A stretch of DNA of 64,000 nucleotides, from assembly GCF_009834535.1 (NCBI RefSeq), contig NC_045697.1, positions 5,458,001 to 5,522,000 of the forward strand, given 5' to 3'. The notes below the pieces were generated by a model that ran no database searches, was not told the DNA's origin, and was given only the letters and a program-made list of their open reading frames with translations. The number at the start of each line of letters is the position of its first letter. Within the stretch, counting starts at the first letter, position 1. Positions 1 through 12,680 of this stretch are shown here, one piece after another. This DNA comes from Camelus ferus (lineage: Eukaryota). The position numbers and the translations under genes are program-made.

Positions 1-148
1 AAGTAGGTGAAGACGCAGGTGCTGGGAGCTAAGCCCCAGAAATTAAGGCTCCTCCCACTTCCCCACCAGGGCCATGAGGGCAGCTGCAGACCCCCCCCCC
101 CCCGAGACTGAATCCAGTCTTGCCTGCAGTGTGTCAGGCACAAGTTTG

Positions 149-254
149 TTTTTTATTTATTAAAGTATACTCAGTTTACAACGTAGTGTCAGTTTCTGGT
201 GTACAGCATGTGTTTCAGTCATACATGAACATACATATATTCCTTTTCATATTC
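149..254 (-). mobile_element. Very short, 5'-truncated lineage-specific L1 3' end
   Basis: T-rich tail then 'aaagtatactcagtttacaacgtagtgtcagtttctggtgtacagc...ccttttcatattc', nearly the same as copies at 7181 and 61890. Flanked by a degenerate direct repeat caggcacaagtttg (135-148) / cgggcatgactttg (256-269). Confidence 0.85.
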
Positions 255-394
255 TCGGGCATGACTTTGGACCACCCTCCATGAGCTACATGCAGGCAAT
301 GAAGCCAGCAGGCACCTTCACAGACCTGCTGTTGGTCATAGAGGAACAAAGCCACATGGAGCACCTGCAGAGTATCATCCCCAACCAGGTCTTC

Positions 395-495
395 ATTCTG
401 TAGACAGCTGAGGCACAGAGAGGTCATGTGACTTGCCCTGGATCACACAGCAAGTCGGTGCTGCCTGGACGTGAACCCAGGCATGTCCACCTCTC
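395..495 (-). mobile_element. MIR SINE fragment
   Basis: MIR core 'ctgaggcacagagaggtcatgtgacttgccctggatcacacagc...gaacccaggc'. Confidence 0.75.
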
Positions 496-1870
496 CAAGC
501 CCAGGGCCCATTCACAGCGAGGTCTAGCCGCTCTGAGCCCAGTGCTGGGGACTCAGCACGGAGCACCCCCTTGGGCTGGCTGTATTTATTGTGATCTCTG
601 ACTCAGCACAGGATGAGGTTAAGTAGGGCCAGGGAAGGCGGGAGAAGTAGGGTGTTGGACTTGGGGCCGGGAATTAACAGGTGTGCAGCCTTCCCACATG
701 TCAGGCACTGGGCCGGACACCACACACGATAGAACGAACATGTGTGAGCGGCTCACCTGGACTCGCTGCTTCCCACCTAGGACCTCATTAAATCCGCACT
801 GCCTCCTACCCTATTATCACCCCTACTTACAGGTGGAGAATCTTCCTTGCTCAAGATTGGCAGAGCTGAGATTCAAACAAGACAGACGTGCTCCAGAGCC
901 CGCTGGAACTCCCCATTCCGGCCCCACAACAATGGGCCCTGCCAGTTACTCTCCCTCTGCCTCAGTCCCCGCTGGATCCGCCGCAGTGACAAACTAATCC
1001 CCAGTCTTAAAGATACAGTCTGCCACAGGCCTGGTGGCTCTCCACGCAGCCCTTCCACGCCCTGACCTGGGGACTCGGTCAGCTGTCTGAGACCAAAAAT
1101 GGCTCCATCCCAGTGTTCCCCACGGCCCTGCCCTTCCCGGGCCCCGGCAGCACAAGAGACTGGAGGGAGCACGGTGTGGTCCTCTAAGGTGGCTTGTCCG
1201 GGGCTCAGCCAGGACTCCTGACCACAAAGCAGTCATCACAGGGAGCAGGGGAGCAGGACACAGAGAAGTGGGTGTTCTCCCCACTGACCAATTTGAGGGC
1301 ATCTGAGAAACCCGTTCTGGACGTGCCCAGGTGCTTCCTCCTCACTGACAGTCATGAAATTAGGGCAAGTCTGAGAAGGCCTGTCAGCCACCTGCTGCCT
1401 GCACAGAACTGGGTCCGTTCCCGCTGGAGGTGTGCCCTTGATGACCCGAGGTCCTGCAGGATCCCCCGAGAAACTGGACTGGAGGACAAGCGCTTCCACC
1501 TGAAGCCATCTTAGCCACTGACTCACAGGCTGGGAAGCTGGCCCTTGGGTGGGATGGCCCTGGGGTTCCTTCTGGAGACCGGGAGTGCATGATGAGCTCA
1601 CCCTGTCCCCTGACGGGCATCCTTAGAGAGCAGGAGCCACAGAGAGAGGAGGTGGAGCCTGCTTCTTTCAAGATGTCAAAACCCTAGCCCCTGGTCACGC
1701 GATCCCCTGACACCCTGTAGGGTTGGTGGGACTTCCCAACTCTGATGAGACAAGGCAGGACTCAGGAAGGGGCACGTGGTAGAGGGTTGCCCCAATGGCG
1801 TGATTTCCACCCCTTCGTCTCCTTTGCCACTTGACTTTGCAGTCCCTTTCACTGAAGAAACCAAGTCTTA

Positions 1871-2291
1871 CAGGCACTCCTTGTTTTACTGCGCTGCACA
1901 GATACTGAGTTTTTACAAACTGAAGGTTGGTGGCCACCCTGCGCCGAGCAAGTCTATCGGCGCCATTCTTCCAACAGCGTTTGCTCACTTCATGTCCCTG
2001 TGTCACATTTTGGTCATTCTCGCAATATTTCAAACTCCCCACCAGCCAAAAGATCACAACTCACTGAAGGCTCAGATGAAGGTTAGCATTTTTTAGCAAT
2101 AAAGTATTTTTAAATGAAGGTACGTACATTGTCTTTTTAGACATAATGCTATTGCACAGGTAACAGAGAAGTGCAAACATAACTTTACATGCACTGGAAA
2201 ACCAAAACATTCAAGCAACTCACTTCATTGTGATATTCACTTTATCACGGTGGTCTGGAACCGACCCCACGTGGTCTTGGGGCTCTGCCTG
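1871..2291 (+). mobile_element. Tigger1-derived non-autonomous DNA transposon (Tigger1a-type internal deletion, TcMar)
   Basis: Starts TA|caggca and ends tgcctg|tg. The 5' part matches the recalled Tigger1 5' end (gagcaagtctatcggcgccatt) and the 3' part its 3' end (cactgaaggctcagatga...ggtggtctggaaccga); junction near 2037. Confidence 0.9.
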
Positions 2292-4079
2292 TGTCTCTCT
2301 TCCCCTAGCTTATCCACTGGACAGGTGTTAGCCAAAAGGATGTGAGGGATCATGACCCACACACAAACTTGAGAAGATGCTGGTGTGTTTCCCTGCTGCT
2401 CTCGCTCCTCTGCCTTGGCTGCAAGAACCTGCCTGGGCTGGCGTCTGGAGGAGACGCCAGAGCAGCCCCATTCTCCCATCCCTCCAGCTGTCCCAGATCA
2501 GGGGCCACTCCAGATCAGCCAACCTGCCAACAGCTGTCAGGAATGAAAGAGACCCCACTGAGCCGAGAAGAATCCCTCAGCGGATCCCCGCCGGGATCAC
2601 CCGCCCACGCACGGGAGAAAGCGGTGCTTCCTTGTGCGAGGCACTGAGTGTGAGAGTCTGGTTGTGCCGCGTCATGGTGGCCATAAATAACTGTCCCCAC
2701 TTGCACGAGCTCTTCAGAGCTGGGAAGGACCCTAGTAAAATCTCACCCAGGGATGTTAAACTGCTTTTTTTAGGAATGTGTCAGATCCATGTTTCATGTG
2801 TCCATGTTTTAATACAGTTGTTAACTATTATAGAGAAATAAAAAACAAACCCAGACTCAAATAGATGGAGACCAGATTTTTACACTCGGGAGGGCACCAC
2901 AAACGTGTTATGATTGAGACTCCCAGGTTAACTAGGTTTTGTTGGGATTTAAAAAGAGAGGGAAAAAACCTCTCCTTCCCCTCTATGTGACTAAAGAACT
3001 ACAGGAGCCCACGAGACAAGACGTGTTACCATTTCCACTGTTTAGGTCTGTGAGTGAGGATTCCTTTCAAAACTGAATCCAAATAGACTTCAGAAATAAA
3101 CTAGCTTTAGAGGCACAGAAAGCAAGTCTCAGGCAAAACTCTTTGTTTTAAACACCTGTGTTCAAAACTCCACTGTCCTCACTGCATGGCTCTATAAGTG
3201 AATGTCACTGTGGACTAATGAAACGCCACCGATGTCATGTTATTTCCCAGAACTCTGTATCTGAAGCCTTGGGGGGGAATGGCCGGCGCTTGGTCCCCCA
3301 CCCCCTGCTCTGGGCGCAGTCATTGGCTGGAAGGAGGGGCCGTGGCCGTGAGGTAGACACCGCAGGGGATCCCAAAGTGAGGCCCCTGAGGCTGCAGCCA
3401 AGTCCACTCCCCCTGGTTCATTCCCCAGAAGAGGTATCTGAGCAGCTGCCCCCAAAGCACCTGCCACTCTGGGGGCTCAGTTCCATTCAGGACGAATCCC
3501 TTTGCTGTCTCCTGGGGGCATAACCATGAAGCTGAAGTCTGAATCAAATTCAGAATGGAATTCTGAGACCTAGAACATCTGTGCTATTAAGAACTCAAGG
3601 CATTCGATCACTCATTCATTCATTCATTCACTGGCCAACACTTAGAGCCAGCCTTCTGTGCCAGGCACTCAGCTAGCACCGGGGACTCAAGTCTGGCCTG
3701 GTCTTTGTGAAGCCGCACTTTAGCAGAGCAGAAAGGGAGTGAGGTGCAGGAGAAGGTCCAAGGGCCCTGGAGTTGCCAGGGCGGAGTTGGAAACCTGATC
3801 TCCCTTCTCCAAGCTGTGTGACCCAGTGCCAGTTGCTTGACTTTTCTGAGCCCTGATATCCTCATGGGTAACATGGTTAAATTCACATCTAGTAAAATGC
3901 CTGATTGCTTCAGAGACACTCAAAAAATCATTAATTCCTTCCTCCTTCCCTGCCAAGTTTGTTTGTTTTTAGGTTGCAAATACCCGGTAAATTATAAGCC
4001 ACGTATTACTGCTTCCCCCAGCTCCACCCCCGCTGCATCTCTGATTTGTACTCTCCCTTCATCCGCATCGCTGCATCTC

Positions 4080-4310
4080 TGTTAACTCCCTAGGGCTGCT
4101 GTAACCACACCGGCTGGTTTAACAGAACTGAGATCAATCAGTCTTTATTCTTTCAGTTCTGGAGGCTGAGAAATCGAGGGGTCAGCAGGGCCATACTTTC
4201 CTCCAATGTTTCCAGGGAAAGACCCCTGCCTCTTCCAGCTTCTGGTGTTTCCAGATATTCCTTGGGTGCTGACCCCATCACTCCAATCTCTGCCTCTGTC
4301 TGCTGCACCC
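4080..4310 (-). mobile_element. MLT1 (ERVL-MaLR) LTR fragment
   Basis: 'agggctgctgtaacc...cagttctggaggctgagaa...cctcttccagcttctggtg...ccaatctctgcctctgtc'. Confidence 0.8.
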
Positions 4311-5759
4311 AGTGGGGTGTCACTCCTGGACTTTGCTTCAGATGTGTAAGGTCCCCCATCTGTTAAACCATTGATGTCTCTGTCCCCAACGCCGGGCGCT
4401 TTCTTCTGTCCTGACGCTGGGTGGGCACAGGGCTTATAGGCCTACAAAGTGCAGCCCAGCAGGTGGGAATCCTCTCAGTAAAGCTTCCTCGAGTCCATCG
4501 GAAGTCTCTATTATCAACTGCAACTACTCTCCCACTTCAGAGATGAGAAAGTTGAGGTGCAGAAAAGCAGGGTGACTTGCCCGCGACTGCAGTGCTGTGA
4601 CCCCGTGGTCCAGTCTCCTGTGGGTGCTCCTCGTTTGTCTGACACACGCTCAATGACAGCTTGTGCCCCCGCCAACGTTCCGGGCCTGGGCTCTGTAGCT
4701 GCAGCTGCTGAAATCTGTTTTATATTTTGTGCAGCAAATGATGCCAAGTCCACCAGCTCAGAGCCGTTTACAATTCCTCTGGGCCTCGAGGACAGCGCTT
4801 GGGAAAAACATTTGCTTTGCCGTTTCCCTGCTGTGGTCATTCAAGACCCAGTGTACCCAGAGCAGGCCTGTGGCCCAGGGGAAGGCCTGCCGGGAGCCTG
4901 GGACTGCAGGGGAGTGCCCTCCTCCTTCCTCTTCATTTTGCCCCCTCTTCATTTCCTAAAGGCCTCTGGGCGAGTGTAGTCCATAATGTGAACTCTGGAC
5001 TTGGCCCTGATATAACCCATTTACAGCCAAGAAGAAAACTCCCCACTCCTCACATAAAACGTTTTACACAGGCCTGCACTCCAGGTCCTCGGTGACAAAG
5101 CCATGCTCCAAACCATCGAAGGTAAGTTGGGGGTTATCCGGGGCTGTGACTGCCCATCAGATTCCGGGAGCATGAATAGAGCAGGTTCAGGAAGCCCCAA
5201 GTCTTCTCTGAGGACAGTAATCCTGGGGCCATGAGATATGAGTATGTGGAGAACTTCCAGAGACCCAGCTGGGGAGTTATAGGCTCAAGGGCCCAAAAGA
5301 TTTGGCAAAAAACAGAAGCGAGCAAAGTGTAGTCCGTGTGAGGCAGTAGGGAGTGGTGGGGACTGTGGTGAAGTGGAGAGCCCGGGCCTGTCTCCAGGGC
5401 AACCATTCTCAGCTCTGTCTCAGAGTTGCTAGGCAGAGTGCAGGCCCCACGCACCCAGGTCTTCTAATTTGTCAAAAGAAATGGAAAATCTAAACTTTCT
5501 GGTGAAACTGTTCACGTTTTCTAGATGTTTTCTTGAAATTCTTCAATTTTTCCATATTGGCGATTTATTCAGACTTTTTGGAAAAACACTGTGTTGTCTG
5601 ACAAAACACACACCTGGGCTAATTTACAGGCCTTGGGCCACCACTTTAGAGCAGTTGAGGAGCAGGGGTTCCATGACTTCTCATCATCTCTGATCTCTCC
5701 GGAGCAGGTGCTCCTTGGTGAAGTCACACACCCAGCATGGCACCCCATCCTCTCAGAAC

Positions 5760-6030
5760 TGGTATCTTCTGGTCCACATTCACTCCTTTACTGACTTCAT
5801 CCCATCTTATGGTTTAAACATCAGCAGATGCTCCCAGACTGGTATTTCCAGGCTTTTCCTCTCCTGTGAGGCCCAGGCTCAAGTGTCCAACTTCCTATCT
5901 GACACACTTATTTGGATGTCTAATAGCTTCCTCAAATTTAACATGACCTTAACCCAACCACAGAGGGTCCCCATTGTCCCAAACCTGTTGTTTCTATCTT
6001 CTTCCACATCACAGTAAATGCTAACTGTAT
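5760..6030 (+). mobile_element. L2 LINE fragment
   Basis: 'ccaacttcctatctgacacacttatttggatgtctaatagcttcctcaaatttaacatg', typical of L2. Confidence 0.7.
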
Positions 6031-7180
6031 CCTAGAACATCCGGCTGAGCCCAGCCTAGCTTAGCCAACCTCCAGTCACCCTGCAGATGCATCATGGCTA
6101 TTTGAAGTCACTAAGTTTCAGGGGGGCAATTTGTTACACAGCAACAGCTGGCTGATATACTTCCTGTGTGGTAGCATCTTTTCTTCCACTGCGATCACTT
6201 TTCTTGCCACCATGCTCAACTTTTGAGGGACATATTGTTCAACACTAGGCAAAAACAAGGGCAGCATGGTTGACAAGCACACAACAGCAGAGAACAGCTC
6301 ATACTGAGAAGAATCTGGAAGCCCTCTGGGATCAACAGTATCTGAAATACACTCTTTTTGTTGACAATATACATGTGATTCTGAGATCCTGTGGATTTTA
6401 TTTGGAATGTAACTAGAGACTTTTCCCACTCATCATTTTATTTAGGAAAAATGTTATGTTGAGTTACTTGAATGTAAATATAATTTTTTCTTATGTAAAC
6501 ACTGACAAAAAATAAAATACTATGAGACACAGTTAGTCTATAAAATTTGGGTATTAAAAAAATAGAGCCTCCTGGGAAGACATTGACTGGTGAGGGGAGC
6601 CTGTATTTCCTCAACACTAAGACACCCCCAATGACAAGAGGCATCATTGAATTAATAACAGCTTTCCTTCAGCCGCAAAAAAGCAAAACATTCCTTGCAC
6701 ATTCAGATCTTGGCACCCCAGATGCAGAAGAGTTAAACAGACACAATGTTACCCTAGATCTGAGGATACATGCACGTGCTCACAGACAGAGGCATGCACA
6801 GAGACACAGCAGCTGTTCCCCTTGAAATTCCCAGCTGGTGCTGATGGCAGAGTCTGGTCAGACCAAGTGTGTCATTCCAAAGCACCTCGGATCACTTCAA
6901 TCAAGATGACAAAGCCTGGTGTGGCCACTTCACTTTGATCTGTGTCAGACCCTAAATGGGAATGCATCTGAGCCCCCGGCCAAATATCCCCCTAAACTTG
7001 GGACTGGGGGCTGGATTCAGTCTCCATCTGCATGATCCTCTGGGTCCTGCCATGGAGGAACGCAGCTATCTGTTTGATAAGCCTGGAGAAGCCTCCAGAA
7101 GTTCTCCCAACACCTAACTATCTTCCTCACTACTACTCACCAGGCCTTCAATTCCACTATTAAACTCTTGGATTTTTTTC

Positions 7181-7471
7181 TTTTTTTTTTTTAATTGAAA
7201 TAGAGTCAGTTTACAATGTTGTGTAAATTTCTGGTGCACAGCACAATGTTTCAGTCATACATACACATATTCCTTTTCATATTCTTTTTCATTATAGGTT
7301 ATTACAAGATATTGAGCATAGTTCCCTGTGCTGTACGGTAGAAACTTGTTTATTTATTTTATATATAGTAGTTAGTATCTGCAAATCCCAAACTCCCAAC
7401 TTATCCCTTTCCACACCCTTCCTGCTCTGATAACCATAAGTTTGTTTTCTATGTCTGTAAGTCTCTTTCTG
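7181..7471 (-). mobile_element. 5'-truncated lineage-specific L1 3' UTR with target-site duplication
   Basis: Poly-T tail then 'aattgaaatagagtcagtttacaatgttgtg...taaccataagtttgttttctatgtctgt'. TSD ttggatttttttc at 7168-7180 and about 7472-7485. Confidence 0.9.
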
Positions 7472-8747
7472 TTGGATTTTTTTTCTTTTTAATCTGGAAG
7501 AAGCCTTAGAAATCATTTGTGTCCATCAAGTTTTAACCAGGAAAGTTGAAGTCAATTTCAGACTGACAAGGAAGCAAATGTGTGAGGTAGCACAGAAATT
7601 AGAAATAGCAGAAGCTGCAGGCACCCCAAGGATGGGGGACAAAGTGGGGGTGCTATGGAGCAGGGAGCCAGGGAGACCCTAGAGAGCCAGGGCCACAGTG
7701 GGCTGGAGCTGATCATGGTGTGGAAGCTGAGTCCTGCAGGAGGCAAGGCTGCTTCCAGAGACCCTGGGAGGCAGAGGGAAGGGAGGATATCCTGCTCCTC
7801 TTCCCCTCCCTGGTCTGTCCCCAGGCTTCCTTCCAGAGCCTTCCATTTGTTGAACCCAGCCAGAACCCAGCTGCCTGGGAGTTGCAGCCTGTGGGGATCA
7901 GCCCCTGGAGATACAGAGCAGGGCAGGGGGTGGGTTAGGAATGGACCTGAAAGAAATGGGCCTCCAGAAGTCTCCAATCAGCCCAATCTGAGGCACAGAA
8001 ACGCTGAGGTCACCTATTGTTTAGGATCATTAACTTGCGGCCACTGTGAGCTCTGGAGGAACAGAGGATGGTGTGTTAGCCATCCTTGCATTCCAGTCCC
8101 CTGGGCCAGGGTCTGGGACACAATATGTGCACAACAAATACCTGCAGAAGGAAAAGAAGTGAATAAATGGTTAGATAAGTGAATAGACAGTACAGACGCA
8201 GAATGATGTCACTTTCCATCTGGGCTTCAGATCTCACCTCAAGAATAGTATTAGTGATAATTGCCATTTACTGCGTTTAGTGCTGTTCTAATTTTGTCCT
8301 TATATCTTTATCGTGGTATAACTGACATGCAATAAATTGTGTGTATTTCAAGTGTACAACTTTATTAATTGTGATAAGAGACCTACATCCATGAAATTCT
8401 CCCCACAATCAAAATGATTCAAGATCTTCAAAGTTTCCTTGTGCCCATCCTGTCCTCTCCACCCCTAATTCAATCTCTGATCTGCTTTTTGTCACTATAG
8501 GGTAGTATGCTTTTCTTGGATTTTATATCAATGGAATCATAAATATGTACTGCCTTCAGTCTGAAATTTCATTCAGTACAATGCTTTTGAGTTCACTCAT
8601 GTTGTTGCATATACCAATAGCTCATTTCTTCTTGTGGCTGACTATATTCCACCATATGAATAGACCACCATTTTTTTTAATGCTTTCACCTGTTGATGGA
8701 CATTTAGGTTGTTTTAGTGTATGGCTATTACAAATAAATCTGCTGTG

Positions 8748-8897
8748 GGGGAAAGGGGATAGCTCAATGGTAGAGTGCCTGCTTAGCATGCATGATGTCC
8801 TGGGTTCAATCCCCAGTACCTCCATTAAAATTAATGAATGAATGAATAAATAAATAAACCTAATTACCTTACTTCCCCCCCCCAAAAGACTTAATGC
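8748..8897 (+). mobile_element. tRNA-derived SINE (camelid Vic-1-like)
   Basis: A box 'tagctcaatggtagag', B box 'gggttcaatccc', tail 'aataaataaacctaattacc...cccccc aaaa'. 18-bp TSD acaaataaa(t/g)ctgctgtg at 8730-8747 and 8898-8915. Confidence 0.9.
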
Positions 8898-10204
8898 ACA
8901 AATAAAGCTGCTGTGAACATTTGCATACAAGTATTTGTATGGACATAATGCCTTTATTTCTCTTGGGTAAATACCCAGAAGTAGAATGAATAAGTAATAT
9001 GGTAGCTATGTGTTTAAATTTTCAAGAAATTAGCAAACTGCTTTCCAGAACATCACCCTTTCACACTCCTATCAGCAGAGTGGCTTTACATCCTCACCAG
9101 CACTTGGTATTGTGTCTTTTTAATTTTAGCCATTCTAGTAGGTATGTAGTAATATCTCATTATGGTTTAAATGTGCATTTCTTCAATAATTAATAATTGG
9201 GACCATCTTTTAATACACTTGTTTTCCATATGACTGTTTCCTTTGGTGACATGTCTGTCCAAATAATTTGCCCAGTTTTTAAAGTTGTTTTCTTATTATT
9301 GGTTTGGAGAGTTCTTTATATATTCTAGACAAGATCCTTATCAATATGTGATTTACAAATATTTTCTTTCAGTTTGTGGCTTGTCTTTTTTAACCATTTT
9401 AACAGCATCTTTTGAAAAACAGAAGTCATTCATTTGAATGAAGTACAATTCATCAATTTGTTCTTAATGTATGGTACTTTTGGTGTTGTACCTAAGAACC
9501 TTTGCCTAAGTTGACAAAGATCTTCCATGATGTTTTCTTCTAGAAGTTTTGGAGTTTTAGGTTTTACATTTAAGCCTATGATCCATTTTGAGTTAAATTT
9601 TCTATGTGTTTCAGGGTATGGGCTGAGGCTCATTTTTTTGCATCTGGAGATAAATTTAATCCATTATTTGTAGAAATTTTATTGCTCTTACTGCTTTGTT
9701 GAAATTCAGTTGACTATACATGTGGATATATGAGTGGGTCTACGTCTGGACTCTTGACTCTATTGTGGGTTTTTAAAAAAATCTATTTGTCTATTTTTAT
9801 GTCAACTGCATATGCTGTTGTTCTGTAAATTTATAATTATTCTTGAAATCAAGCAGTGTGGATCTTCCAACTCTGTTTCTTTTTAAAGTTATTTGGGCTG
9901 GTCTAGCTCCTTTGCAATCCCACATACATTTTAGAATCAGCTTGTCCATTTCTACCTAAAAAGCCTCCTGGGGTTTTGCTTAGGAGTGCACTGAATCTGT
10001 AGATCAGTCTGGAGACAACTGACATCTTAACAGTATTGAGCCTGCCAGGGCAGGACACAGTCTATTTATGTCTTCCTTTATTTATGTCCTCTTTAATTTC
10101 TCTTACTGATGTTTTGTGGGGTTTTTTTCTAACGTACAGGTCTTGAACATCTTTTGCCAGTTGTATCCCTAGGAACTGCTTGCCTGTTAGTCTATCGTAT
10201 ACGG

Positions 10205-10409
10205 CAGGGGTTGGCCAACTGGCAAAATCTCACCCTGCTGCTGGTTTTCCTCAACAAACTTCCATTGGAACACAGCCACACCCATTTATTTACATATTGT
10301 GAGGCTGCCTTTGCCCTACAACTACAGAGTAAAGCAGTTGTGGCAAAGACTGTCTGTAGGCCACAAGCCTATTCTCTGGTCCATGACAGAAAACGTTAGC
10401 TGACCCCTG
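10205..10409. mobile_element. MER58A-like hAT-Charlie MITE nested in L1
   Basis: Termini caggggttggc...gctgacccctg; internal 'ttggaacacagccacacccatttatttacatattg'. Confidence 0.85.
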
Positions 10410-10832
10410 ACATACAGTATTTTAAAATTTCAGTTTCCCAGGGTTCATTGCTAGTACATAGAAAGACGGTATGTTGACATGAATTGATCTTGTAACCTGA
10501 AAACTTTGCAAAATTCACTGATTAGTTATAGCAGCTTTTCTGTAGATTCCACAGGATTTTCTGCATAGATGATCAAGTTGCCTGAAAATGGAGATGATTT
10601 AGCTATTTCCTTTCCGATGTTGGGAAGGCTCCGACCCCTAGGTGGGATGGCCTCTGAGCCTCTTCTGTGCGCACCTGGGGAATATCAGAGCGACACTGGA
10701 AGGCAGGTTCCAAGCACACCCTTGGGTGGCAGCTGCCCAATGTTTTTGCTGAAAGTTTAAAGAGACATTTTATTAAATAGATTAAGCAGCAATGTTTGCA
10801 TTATAAGCAACAGGTGACTATGAACCGTTTTA

Positions 10833-10863
<31 letters not shown>

Positions 10864-11872
10864 CAAAACCTTTAAACAGCAATGCATTTTCTCTCCAAAG
10901 CCATGGGAAGACACAACCTCCACAGGCAGGGCAGCCAAAGCCTGGGCCTGGGGGCTACTAGCAGGGGCCTGTGAGCTCCAGTGTTCCTTGCTGTCCTCCC
11001 TTCCTCCTGCCCTGGTGAAAGCTCCTACAACAGACAGGAAACTCCACCTCTGACGCCTCCTGGGCTTTGCCTCTTAAAGCGGAGACCACAAGAAACAACG
11101 ACCAGCTCTCAGCTCAGGACATCCTGGTGGCAGCAGTTGATTGGCCAGGATTTGGTCACGGGTCACCTGTGGACCAATCAACAAGGAGCTGAGGGGAGGA
11201 GTCATGTAGGAAAATGGCTGCCTTGGAGACCACGTGTTGAGGGGACAGAAGTACTTCCCGGAAGCAGAGGAGTGCTGCCCCAGGAGCTGGCATGGGCAGG
11301 AGTGGAGCCGATAAATCAGTGTGGCCACAGTGGCTGTACATCTCTGTACTGTAATCACTTAAAAATAATAGCCAATCACTTCTCAAATATTCACGACTTT
11401 GCCATCTGTCTTGCCAAGCCACTCTCACAAGAACTCCCTGAAGTATTGTTTTCCTCATTTTCTCCTTGAAGAAATTGAAGCAGTGGTGAGGCAACTTGTT
11501 CAAGTTTGCTGCCAGACTCAATGCTCCCTGTCAAAAGCTCACAGCCACTCTGTAGTCAGACTGGGGTCCTTGCCATTCAGATGAGAATAATCAAGGCTTC
11601 CAAAGATTAAACAAGGTATCCAAGGCCACAGCTATGAGGTGGTAAAGCCAGGATTCCAACCCAGGTCATCCTGACCAAGACTTGTCTCTGTCCATAATTC
11701 TGATCTGCTTTCTCTCTCTCTCTCTCTTTTTTTTTTTTTTTTATTTTTACCAATGAGGGAACTGAGGCCAGGGAGGTACCAGTCTTGTGAAGGTGATTGT
11801 CCCAACAGACAATTGAATGACCCCAAAGCGAACAGCCCTCCAGTTGCTAAGCTGTTCTAGAGATAGTTCCAA

Positions 11873-12680
11873 GCCCCTTGTTCAAAAACAGGGAGAAAGT
11901 GCCATTCATGGTTGGTACTGAAGCAATAAGCTCTTCCCAGTTCTCCACAGTGTCTCTTGACATTTTATGAAAAAAATTAATTGTATATTATTAGCATGAC
12001 TTTTACCATTCATTTTCATAGTGTGCAATGCTGGTTTTAAATACAAATATATGAATATTTGATTCATAGGCAAAATTGCAGGAATTGCACATTCGTATCT
12101 CATAGCTCATGTGTATTTCATTCTTACCAGGAAAGTGGAAACAGCACAAAAGTAACTTAACTTTTTTTTTTTCCCCACTTCTTGACATACGCACATTCTA
12201 TCCCCACTCTCCACCTTCAGCTCACTGAAAGGAAAAGGACCTGGGGGTCACCTAGCCTAGCCTTCCTTTCCCTCCAGTGCCGTCCTTTTCAGCATTAGTT
12301 GGCTAATGTAAGGAAGTAACATGAATACGAAAGGATATCATGGATCCTTTGTATTTCTTAGAATGTTTTGTCTTCTTTCTGCGTTTGAAGCAAGTGCTGT
12401 TCATCATGGGAAGTGTAGCTGCGCGGAGCTGTTAACGCTCCCCCTCACGCAGTCTGTACATGTAATCATCTTACTTTTTACTTGCTTTGAGTCTCACTGA
12501 CCCCTCGTACATTTGGGTCCATCCATCAGAATTCTGCACTGCTGGAGCCTCAGGTCTGTGCAAACCGGCCGCAAAAAGCATCAGGAAATACCTCTATTGT
12601 ACGTATGGCCACTGCTCGTGCGCATGCTCTGTTGTTCCATCAGAAATCACTTACAAAACGCCAAGTTCAAAATAAAATCA
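11873..12680 (-). mobile_element. MER45B-like hAT-Tip100 DNA transposon
   Basis: 'gccccttgttcaaaaacagggagaaagtgcc' at one end and 'cgcatgctctgttgttccatcagaaatcacttacaaaacgccaagttcaaaataaaat' at the other match recalled MER45B segments. The 'ccttgttcaaaaa' motif is shared in reverse with the MER45A at 27884. Confidence 0.65.

Larger units (their letters stand above)
8300..10620 (-). mobile_element. Old L1 (L1M class) ORF2 3' part and 3' UTR, interrupted by a SINE and a MER58
   Basis: Minus-strand ORF remnants 'HTLKQPKCPSTGESIKK' and 'LSPYPETHRKFNSKWIIGLNVKPKTPKLLEENI' are L1 ORF2-like, with many stops and frameshifts. Confidence 0.9.

Noticed and set aside
2925..2937. 13-mer caggttaactagg also present at 47201
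   Set aside because: Exact 13-mer matches are expected by chance many times in 64 kb and the flanks do not extend.
2780..3250. Possible minus-strand 3' UTR or retrocopy ending at ATTAAA near 2808
   Set aside because: No poly(A) tract, TSD or upstream coding sequence that I can recognise.
8748..8825. tRNA gene (also 54308-54385)
   Set aside because: A/B boxes are followed by a shared SINE tail and flanked by TSDs; these are SINE heads.
11873..12680. Apparently unique CpG-containing block as a conserved element
   Set aside because: It matches recalled MER45B transposon sequence, which explains it.
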